The notes under the pieces are model-generated. The model searched no databases, was not told the origin of the DNA, and worked only from the letters and a program-made list of their open reading frames with translations. From NCBI GenBank assembly GCA_964035545.1, contig OZ037768.1, forward strand, positions 9,270,741-9,334,740: a DNA stretch of 64,000 nt, given 5' to 3'. A program made the position numbers and the translations under genes. This DNA comes from Bugula neritina (taxonomy: Eukaryota; Animalia; Bryozoa). Below, one piece after another: positions 14,101-26,100 of the stretch. Numbering within the stretch: the stretch's first letter is position 1; each line of letters opens with the position of its first letter.

Positions 14101-17100
14101 CATCATCAAACTTGACGACAACATTATATAGACCGGGTTCAGTGGGCAGGTAGGTGACGGTGCATGTACCGTCATCATTGTCTTGGCAAACAATTTCAGC
14201 TTTACTTGGGCCTTCCACAGCAAGGGACAAACCACCTGCAAGCACACAGATATTACGTGCCACTGCCATGCCACAAATATGTCACACATTGCAGAAAATG
14301 GGACCATGGACAGGACTCATGCGAGACAGGATTCTGGGACATCCACACCGTCCTAACCTGAAAGTGACCTCAAGACTTTACATACGAAAGGAGATCCGGC
14401 AATGTCTTTACCGGCACTGATCACCTTGACCTTGTAATCTCCGGCAAGCTCAGGGGTAAAAGTTACAGTATAGGTATTGTTTTGGTTGTCTGTGACATTT
14501 ACAGGGGTTTGCTTAGGACCTTCTAACGTAATATTCAAACTGCCTACATTCACACCAAACATTCCATTAAATGCGGCCTGTAGAAGTATGAGCTCCACAT
14601 AAGATTGACACAGGTGAGATGCATTTCAGTGTCTCAACAAAAGTTTATCAACACACCCCCGTAATAAACTCCTCCATACGGTGTTGAGAGCTTCACATAG
14701 GCTATACATGTTGCTACAAATCATTTTCTAGCAATGCTTAAACGGAACAAAGTCTCTTTAAATAAGATCTATAAGCTAAGCGTATAATCGACAATCTTTC
14801 GACACTAGAGCTGCTCCATTTAAAATTCAAATTATCTACATGACAAACATAATACCAGTGAAAAACTTTGTAAATTAATTGAACCAAATAAACAAACATG
14901 TAAAGTGAAAACTTTGCAAGTCAACTAAATCAAAGTTCCTACCTGCTCCAGCCTTCTTTGTGTCAATAGTGAATGAGCAAGGCTCGCCAGCAACCCCATA
15001 GCTAAGTCCTGGGCCATAAGCAGATACAACACCGCTGTCGACAGCATCTACATAAAACTGGTAGGGGCTGCCTGAAAATACAAAGCAAATACTGAATATA
15101 CTACAGGTAATCTGATTGCACCAATAACAGGGCAAAGGTGTGAATAACATAATTAATATATGAAAATATAACATCATAATAAAAACATGATGACAATAAG
15201 ATTATTAGCTTGAAATTTGTCACATGTCTTATAAAGTGGACCACATAAATTAAGCATGTAATTTATATTACAGATGTCAGCAACTGCTAAAAAAGATATT
15301 AAATTTTAAAATCTGTTTTACCAAACATGACAAAATGAGTTTCAATATGAAATACTACACAATAGCAAATTTAAAATACCTTGCAAAGGCTCATCATTAT
15401 AGAAGACATGAAGGTTGTGCAGACCAACTTCACTCGGTTGATAGTTGATTGTGACAGTACCATCTCCATTATCCTTAATCTGCACAGGACTTCTTTGCCC
15501 AGATGGTGCCTCTACTTCAGCTATAAAAACAGGAGACAACTCTCAATAGTAAACATATTGAGCTGTGATGTTCCATTTGGCATACTTCAGTGCAAAGTCT
15601 GGCACGCACATATCCATTGTATTCTTAGCATTTGATGACTTTTTGAACTAGAGTTATGATACATCAAAAAGAATTTCAGTACAGTATGTAGAAACCCTTA
15701 ACTGCTTAATGATTGATAAAGCATGACAGCAGTTATTATGTGGGTGTTGATTAACTTGACCCATAAACATAATGGCAAAATATTCAATGAATCATGTGAT
15801 GAACACTTTTCACTGCCTGTTCAATGGGTTACAAGAAAGGCTGGTAACAAAATCCAGCATACGACAAACAACTTCTGTGGTAGCTCATTTGAAAATTGAC
15901 TGCAAATGTGAAAGCAACAAAATGCATATATTTATCAGTAGCCTATATTCCACATACCCAAAACATAGGCGAAGACGGGTCCCACAGGAATAACGAAGTC
16001 CACTGGGTGAAACATGTTGAGATTAGGATATCCCGGAGCTGCTGATTGCTGTTCACTCACCTTTTCCATAGGGATAATATCAGCCTGCAGAATGTAACAT
16101 AATTGGCTATTCAACTGATTGAATAGTGCAAATTAGTTTTATTCATAATATCATAATTCAACTGTTGCCACAATAAATCATTTCAAGTTTAAACAAGTAA
16201 AATCAAGTAGAAACTCGGAATCAATCAAAATTATAGATCTATAATTTGCAGAAAAAAGGTTTTGGTAAGCAGAAATAAAGCTGGATAGATTGAGAATTTT
16301 CATTACAACTAAGCAGTAATGTAGTATTTCACATCTGAGTGTAGTTTCTATGCTATAGGCACTATGAACAGCATTTATGTAATCACTAGTGAAAACAGTG
16401 AAATTATCTATTAGCATTAGTATTAGTGTGTGTGAGCATAACTCTAAATGTTGATGATTAAATTTCTACAACTACTATAATTTCCAAACTTCATCTTTCA
16501 CAATATTACTTCAAGTAAATTAAACAAACTATTAAAATCTAAATAAGTCTATACAAAGACAATTACATACACGGTATGAAACATTAGGAAACATTGAACA
16601 GAAAGGATAGATGAATGTGTGCAAGACCACATAACATTCAGATTTAAAGACTGAAGATGAGAAGACAACTACAACGTTACATGATTCAGCATTATATTAG
16701 TGATTAGAAACCATCACCATAGTCTACTTTTATATTGCAAACACATTTCAAGCATTACCTCTTGAATTGCCAGTTCTTCCTCAGGTACAGCCTAGAATAA
16801 TTTAGTATTCAACATGTGACATATCGCCATATTAAGCATTAAAGTTTAATGATTAAACTAATATCACATAACACAAGCTAAAATAAGATAACTCATAAAA
16901 GTGCAAAAGGGCATTGCAATATATTTTCAAACTATTTTAAACGTATTTTACCTCAACTTCATAGTCGCCTTCAGGTATAGGAACTCCACCAAATTTGATG
17001 CTAATTCCATAACTTCCTATTGACAGAAAATAACATTACTGAATAATTTATTGAGTTCAATCAGATGATGAAACAGATAGCATTCTGAAGAAAGTCATAT

Positions 17101-20100
17101 CACAAACAAATCTGAAAGATATTGACTGAGCCGAAATTAAACTGCTAAAATTGATTTATGACTTTCTGTGATTTATTCAGTGTTAGATGATTTGTAATTT
17201 AAAGTGACAGCCGCACTATCAAATAGGCATCCATAAATACTTTCAACATTCAACAAACATGGGAAAGTGAGTCTGTCAGATTATCTATGATTGCAACACT
17301 CACCAGGGGTATGGGGAGTATAGTATATGCTGACAGTGCCATCATTGTTATCTACAATGTCTATGTCAGCATCAGTGTCTGTAGGTGTTCGAATACGGCA
17401 AGTGATGTTACCTTGTCCGGCATCAGCAGTGTTCACAGTTATAACACACTCCTCGTCTACCACTACCCTCTTTTTACCCTCTTTAAATACAATTTAGAAT
17501 CTTCTCAGTTTTGATTAAAGCCACAATGCAAACTTCACACAGCCAAAGCTGTTAAAAACATTAATATATTTATGAAATATATATAATACAAAAATCAAGT
17601 ACAATTTGAATCATGGTTTACTCAAAACCTTTCATCAATGTAACATAATATCATGCCAAGTCTAGTAAACCTGATGCAATAACACGATACAAGAATAAGC
17701 GAAGAGTCTCACTGCACAAACCTGTAATCTGACATTTGCTAGCATCTCCTGATGGTTTTGTGTTGACATCGAAAGGAGAGCCAGGGATGGGGTCGCCACC
17801 ATATTTCACTTTAGCCTTGTACTTGCCAACATCCTCCGGCGTGTAGTGTACAGTGACGGTAGCATCTTTATTATCTGTTATTGTAGGTCTTAGATACTGG
17901 CCATCGGGAGCCTGCAAGTTATAATATTTAGAAAAATTGTACAATTTGTCAGCTAAAAGAATCACTTCGATCAAATTGACTACGAAGCAGTGAAATAGTA
18001 GCAGAATCCCATAATTTCACAACTATGAAAATCGTTATAAATAAATATAATACATTTAGTAATATTAATTAAATATAAATAATAAATATATTTAAAATGA
18101 CTCTATATTATAACTGACCTGAACAGCGACGTCAAGGTCAGCGACCCCAGCCTTAGAAGTATCAACAGTAAACTCTGTAGGGAGACTGGCAGCTACTCCA
18201 TCCTCAATACCAGGACCACTCACTGTCACCAGAGAGGCATCGTGGGGAGGCAGCACTGTTTGCTCAAATGGGCTGTAGTAAAACACAAGATTAATTTCAG
18301 TTACAAAATTAGAAACAACAAATAAATCTCAATTTCCTGTGAAACATATTATATTAAGGCAGGTGAATAAGACTTGAGTGACTATATTAATTTTATGCTA
18401 TCTGTATTTCATAAAACACACCTTCCAGGCACATGCTCATCATCATATGTTACATCTAGTCTACAAGGAGCGCCCTCTTGTGTTGGATAGTATGTGCAGT
18501 CAAATACACCATCATCTACCTCTACTAATTCCAAAGGTTTGGGACTGCCTGTGCCTAAAATTACACCACATTCACTCAGTTGACCCTTGCTTGAAACCCA
18601 CTCCACATTTTATAGCAGGCCTGCCTGTACTAATTAACAGGAATTTATTGTTTTTATTGCCATGCTATTTAGACAGCTCATTGTGAGTAGCAACAGCATT
18701 ATTAAAAAATAATAAATCAATTATGGAAGGCAGCAAACAGTTTAACATGGAGAAAGTGTATGAATTACAATCATTAAATAAAAGGTCATAGAGTCATAAT
18801 ACTGTCTATAAATAAACAATTACAACTAAGTTAATGATACAACAGACATATAAAAAGTATTGTACATGAGAAAAATAAAAAAATTATTGAACAACCAGGA
18901 AAGCTGGCTAAAGGCAGCTATGCACACGCACACAAAACAATAATAACCCTTGCAACAAATAATGAGACTGCATCATAGTTAACTCTGCACATACCATCAT
19001 CAACTACGGCCTTAAGAGGGGCCTTTCCAGCATCAGTGCAGTCAATGGTGAAAACAGCTGGCTGTGTAGCTCGCACCCCTTCAGGGTTTAATCCTGAACC
19101 ATGCATGCGCACCTTAGATGGGTCTATTTTATCTTCAACTGGTACTTTAAATGGAGACCCTAAAGCAAAGTATAACAATGTATTTAATAGCAGTGAATGT
19201 GTTGTGGAACTTCAACAGTCATAGAAGAGTTGAACAATATTTTATTAATATAGAACAACTGAATGCAGCTGTCATATTAAAAATAATTTTTCTTTTCAAC
19301 AGACTTTGACTTCATTTTTCAGGATTACAGATTATAAATCAAATAAGTAGGTGAATACTTTATGGCTTTGAAGTCTGAGCTGATAACTGCACTGGGCACC
19401 TGCTCTGGGAACTTGAGGCAGGATGATAAAATAGTGCATAACTATTCTGTCATAAAGAAACATTGTTTAGGCATTTCAACTTTGTTCAGCCAAAAGAAAA
19501 ACCAGCTGTAGTGACTTTTCACAACTCATTGTCATAAAATATTTTACCGTGATCATAATAAAAAAGAAGCATTTTTCAACAGTTATGCTAAGGTAAGTCA
19601 TTTTTTGTTCTAAATGCTGAATTTAGCCATAAACAATGAAATCATAGCACTTTTTAAAATTAACTTCATTTGCATGTGAAAGCCAACCTGGAATATCTTG
19701 ATCAGCAAACTTGACGGTGATGTCATAATCGCCGGGCTTGGTCGGAACGTAAACAACAGTACAAGTACCATCTCTATTATCAGTGCAGTTGACCTGGGCT
19801 TTGCTGGGACCTGCCAATTACAACTCATATTATAATGAAAGATAAACAAGTTTAAGGGTGATAGTTACAGCTATGGTCAAGTTTAAATTGGTCATTCACA
19901 AGGATAACTGTAATCATTTAGTAGCTTGCAGAAAGAAGTACAGAAAGAGTATCAACTTCTGAAAAGACTAAGGGGTGAGTAATACCTTCTACAGCAAGAG
20001 CAAGGCCTCCTTGACCTGCGCCTCTAGTTTCAATAACAAATTGTTGAGGAACATTGGTAATTCCCTTCTCCAGCCCTGGGCCATACGCCTTCACTCTGCT

Positions 20101-23100
20101 AGGATCATTGCCTGGTACAACATTCACTTCTAATGGAGAGCCTGGTATTGGTACGCCATCATATGTCACATCCATTTGATGTGGGCCTAAACAGAACACA
20201 ATTTTTTATGTACAAGAGTAATATTTACATGCTTGCATAATTAATAGATTAGGTATGTTATAAAATCTCAAGTTTTTAACTTTGTAAAATATAAATAAAT
20301 CTAGAGAAACTAGCCAAAAATTAGGGTTACCTTCTTCAAATGGAGAGAAAGCAACCTTGTAAGTGCCATCATCATTTTCCTTAACCAAAGATTCACTTTT
20401 AGTACCAGAAGGCCCAGTGATGATAGCCTTCACTTTACCGTCACCAGGAGGAGAGACTGAGCTGGCATCAACAGTGAAGTCAGTAGTCGAATCCATGAAC
20501 ACATCTGAAATAATCAACATTTCATATTAGATGAGATAAACTAAAAATAAAGACACAACGTAATGGTAAAATTAATATTACGATTCACGGCAAATGTAAT
20601 AGTACTAATCTTCAGCATATATAAATTAATGAAAACAACAAGATTAACAACAATCCATGCAATTTCAACAGCTTTAAAACATGCTAATACAAATAAAAGA
20701 CACGAAATAAATATTGTAGCAGCCATGTCATGACTAGTAAGGCTAGTCTGGTTCAAGTTGAAGATAAAACAGTGTTAATACAGAAATTGATGTTAAAAAA
20801 CATAAAGTCTGCAAACAGCCTCCTCGATAAAAAAACCATGCGTTTTAAGCACAAGACAACTTGCAAAGCAAGTGTCTTACCAGGCCTTCTCGGAATTTGA
20901 ACAGGTGCATCAGGTAGGTCTAAACTGTCATCTAGTGTCGCATATGTGTTGAATGGAGAGTCAAGTACGTGTTCACCATTATACATGACAGAAATTATGT
21001 ATGAACCAATTTCTTTTGGCATAAAGGTTACCAGACAAAGATTGTTCCCCAAATCCTCTGCTTTCAACTCAGGCTTGCTAGGACCAGTTACTGAAAACCT
21101 GAGTGTACCGGGTCCAGATTTATTCATATCAACAATAAAATCTTGATAGTGATTAACAATGGCGTTTTTTAAGCAGCTTCCAGAAACATTCACCAGCTTC
21201 GAAAGAGGGATTGCATGATCGTCTGTACTTAAAATTTGTGATTCAACGCTGCATTCATCTATTTGAGCGTGTGTTGGACTAATCAAAGTTTCTTGAGCAC
21301 CAAGACATGGGGTGACCTGAGAATCAAAACCATTTTTTGAAGTTTCAACTTGCACTTTTTCAACCTGAAGGTCTTCAAAGTCTTTTTGAGAGACGATTTT
21401 CAAAGAATTACTGTCATCTAATGTTTCCGTATGATCATTTTTGCTGAATATTGTTTTCTCAACTGGTTCTTGAACATCGACAATTGAATCCGAACTAAAT
21501 AAAGATGGGCGATCTACAAGACTCAATGATGCACAAGTATTCACGTTTTCTGTGACTGTATCAACTGGTCGAACAACTGGACTTTCATAAACATGTGCAT
21601 GTGATTTGTCAGCAGAAAATCCAGAAATGGGATTAGGCGATTCATTCTGAATAGCAACTGGTTCAGAAGTCACCGTGTCATCAATATTGACTTGTTGATT
21701 CATTTCTTCAGTCATATCAGAGTTGCACCAAGTGGCTGTATTAGGCACATCGTCTAAGGTGCCAAAGGGGTTACTTGCATTGGTAACTAGGTCGAACGAC
21801 TCCTCTATCGAGTAATCATGTTTTTCACCAGTATTTTGTGCATGCAAATCATCAGAAATGTCTTGTATATTTACGCAAGGCGCAGAGCAAACTTGGCTAT
21901 CGGGTATGCTTTCAGCAATCACAAAAATATCTCCAAATGATAAGAATAACTCATTGTATTTTATCTTGATGAAGTATTTGCCAGCCTTTGAGAGAATATA
22001 AAAGGCTTTGAATCTCTTATCACCAATCTTTTCAACAGATGCCGGTACTGTTGTCCCACCTAGACTGTGTACTACAAAATCTAGTTTTCCTGGACTTGCT
22101 TCAGAAGTATCAACATAAAATTCTGTCACTTTCCCACAGATGGCAGATTCTAATCCAGCACCAAATACGATTAGGCCTGTATTTGAACATTTAAAGACTG
22201 GATTATTCAAACATTCAGTGGGAGTTGTCGCAGAACTGCAAGCAATACTTGAAGGAGCTTCTGCATCATTTATTGATTCTTGTAAGGGTGCGTTTTCAGT
22301 CTTGAATATTGGGTCTTTTTTGCGCCCAAAATGGTTTTCATTGTTTTCCACTTTATCTGTGGCATGAGTAGTTTGTTTTGACGAAGGAGAATCACGAGCA
22401 GGTGCAATATGGGAAGAAAATGGTGATCCTGGAATCTGTTCATTGTTGAAGGTTACATTAATGGCATATACGCCCACTTCAAAAGGGATAAAAGTAACTT
22501 CTGATTTGCTCAAACTTAATTTTTTTAATGAAACATCGGGTTTACATGGGCCAATAATGTTGTAATCCAATTTTCCTAATCCTGACTTGGTGGTGTCAAC
22601 AACAAATGTGCTAGGTTTGCCAACTACTCCATGGGTTAAACCATCTCCATCTATCTTCACTCTAGAAACAAGGCTTGAGGTTTTTACCTCTGTTTTATAT
22701 GGGGACTGGGCCACAGGTTTACCATCATAAGCCACATCAATGCTATACATTCCAGAGATCAGTGGAGTGTATGTGACCTGACATTCACTAGAAGAAATTG
22801 TTCTGTAAGTAACAGTAGGTTTAGAAGGTCCATTAATATCGACTTGTAGCTTGTCAACTTCAAAATCAACTGCCCTTAAAGTGAATGAAACAGGTTTATC
22901 CACTTCTCCTGAAGTCAAACCTTCTCCGAACACTTCTATCTCTTTAGCTGCTACTGACGATGGTTTACTAATTGAGCAGAATGGAGATCCAGTGACATGT
23001 CTATCATTGTAAGTAACTTCAATACTGTAATTCCCTTCGTGTTTTGGAATATAAGTAACTTCTAGCTTTCCATAACCAATATTCTTAGACGACATTGTAG

Positions 23101-26100
23101 GAATCTCAGGACCATGAATTTTGTAGGAGATATTTTCCAAAGACAAACTTCCAGCTTCAATAATAAAAGCAGCAGCTTGGCCTACATTCGCACAACTTAA
23201 ACCGCGTCCATAAACTTTCACTTTAGGTTCATGTTTTGGTTGGTGACCTTTGCTGATCTTGGGCTTGAAAGGAGAGCCAGGCACATTATTCCCATCGTAA
23301 GTAACAGCAATAGTGTAAACCCCAGTAAGGCGAGGCACATAAGTAACTTCAACTTTCCCAGGAGCAATTTCTTTAGAAGTAATTTGTGGTTTGATGGGGC
23401 CACTAATATCAAACGCAAGTTTACCTTTGCTAGCTTTTGACGTGTCAATTACAAATGAAGCAGGCTTGCCATTCTCACCTTGAATGGCACCCTCACCACA
23501 CACTTCAACTGCAGCTGCAGGATTAATTGCTTTTTCTATTTTGGGCTTAAACGGTGATCCAGGTATAGGATTTCCATCAAAATAAACTTCGACATTACAC
23601 TGGCCTAAATTTGTTGGAACAAATGATACTTCTAGCTGGTTAGTGTTCAGAGACCTTGTTGTAGATGCAAGTTTTTTGCCTGAATCTATTATGCTGAAAT
23701 CAAGTTTGCCCAAACCAGACTCAGAAGTGTCAACAACAAACTTAGATGTCTTCCCACATTCCCCAGATACCAATCCAGAGCCAAACGCCTTTACTTTGTC
23801 TTTTTTGCTTTGAGAGCTAGGTTTGCGTGATTCTAATATTTTTGGCTTAAAGGGGGCTCCTGGGACTGCCTGGCCACCCAACTTGATGCTGATTGTATAG
23901 ATTCCTGATGCAGTAGGTGTGTAAGATACCTCATATTTTCCTTTACCAAGGTCTTTAGACGCAAGTTGAACTGAAACAGGGCCATCAATAGAAAAGTCCA
24001 GCATGTTTGCATTTGCTGTTGGGCAATCAACAGTGAAAACACATCGTTGATTGCAGTATCCAGTAACAATGCCATCACCATATACTTTCACTTTAGACGC
24101 TTGGTCAAAGCTGTCTTTCTTTTGAGAGCTAGGTTTGCGTGATTCTAATATTTTTGGCTTAAAGGGGGCTCCTGGGACTGCCTGGCCACCCAACTTGATG
24201 CTGATTGTATAGATTCCTGATGCAGTAGGTGTGTAAGATACCTCATATTTTCCTTTACCAAGGTCTTTAGACGCAAGTTGAACTGAAACAGGGCCATCAA
24301 TAGAAAAGTCCAGCATGTTTGCATTTGCTGTTGGGCAATCAACAGTGAAAACACATCGTTGATTGCAGTATCCAGTAACAATGCCATCACCATATACTTT
24401 CACTTTAGACGCTTGGTCACAGCTGTCTTTCATTTGAGAGCTAGGTTTGAGTGATTCTAATATTTTTGGCTTAAAGGGGGCTCCCGGGACTGCCTGGCCA
24501 CCTAACTTGATGCTGATTGTATAAATTCCTGATGCAGTAGGTGTGTAAGATACCTCATATTTTCCTTTACCAAGGTCTTTAGACGCAAGTTGAACTGAAA
24601 CAGGGCCATCAATAGAAAAGTCCAGCATGTTTGCATTTGCTGTTGGGCAATCAACAGTGAAAATGCATCGTTGATTGCAGTATCCAGTAACAATGCCATC
24701 ACCATATACTTTCACTTTGGATGCTTGGTCACAGCTGTCTTTCTTTTGGGGGGCAAATTTTTTACTATCAACTTTGCTGTTTCCTTGGTTTTTATCGCTA
24801 CTGGTTTCTGGTAACTTCTTATCAGATTCAGGTTGTGACACACCTTTTTTCTTGAAATGTTTGAGTTGTGCATTCACCCATTCTGGCACATTATCAGCTT
24901 CCTTTGCCGCTCCAGTTTTTTTATTTTTACTAAATGGCTCCTTAGGGGAAATAGCTTTGGGATCTCTTGTAGATGGTTTTTTCAACCATGGTTTACTCGG
25001 TTCAGCATCAGCTTGCTTGACATGGGCAGGATTGGCAAATTTAATTTTGGTTCCTTTGCTTTTGGTAGGGTTGGGTATTTGCTTTTGTCCATCAGATATT
25101 ACAGCAACTTTAAATGGACTATTATTGACTAGCATGCCATTAGTGTAAACCTCAATGGTATATTCTCCAACTTCATTCGGTGTAAATGAGACGTTATATA
25201 GACTATGTCCCTTTTGAATTAATGGGCAAAGAACTTTACCACTAGGCGACCGTATAATCACACTAACAAACAGCTTTCTCACCTTTGAACTATCTTTGAT
25301 TTGAAATCTGGCCATTTTTCGGACAGTAAAGCCTATGTATAAAGCAAGAGGAATCAAAATAGCACCACTAGATTGTAAATATAAATAAAAACTATGAATT
25401 ATACCCTGCTAAAATTACACTATAGATTTACCTTTATCTAAGCCGACCACCTTGACACCACTAACATCAATTTTAGGTTCAATGTGTACTTTATAAGGAC
25501 TTGTTGGAATTTCCTGGTCAGCAAATATCACGCTAACAGTATAGGTGCCATATTCTTTGGGCTCATATTCAATTCTGCAATAACCCAATTTAACATAGAT
25601 TGATGATCCACCAATTGTACAAAACCGTAGTTCCGGCAACATTTGATATACGAAAACGCTCGAAATGAAACAAAATACTGAGTTTACAAATTGTACCTGA
25701 ATAAGCCTTCACCATTATCTTCTGCGTCTACTGGGACATCCACTCCTTTGTCATTAGTTAGAGAGATTGCAACATCACCAGGACCTGCTTCTGTGCAGTC
25801 AACAAAGAAGTGTGTTTGCTCACAGCATGCAACACCTTCCTCAATTCCTGGACCAAACACCTTGACTTTTTCAGGCATTGATGGTTCCTCCACGTACACC
25901 TATGAAATTTTGAATGTGGATATCATAAGAATTCAATTCAACACTAAATATTTTGTATATTTTTACTAAAGATTTGGCTACTCACTCTAAAAGGGCTCTT
26001 GGGAACATTCACGCCTCCGTAAGTAACAATGACAGTGTGCTTTATAGGTTCTTTGGGTTTAAACTGGCAGGTATAGGTACCATCACCATTGTCCTTGACT

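Noticed and set aside
16055-16063. Perfect donor AAG|GTGAGT inside the filamin hinge exon
   Set aside because: It is phase 0 while the next exon needs phase 1, and using it would drop the [10 protein letters not shown] start of Ig16.
23833-24705. Repeated alternative-frame ORFs [13 protein letters not shown]...
   Set aside because: Shadow frames of the 312-bp coding tandem repeat.
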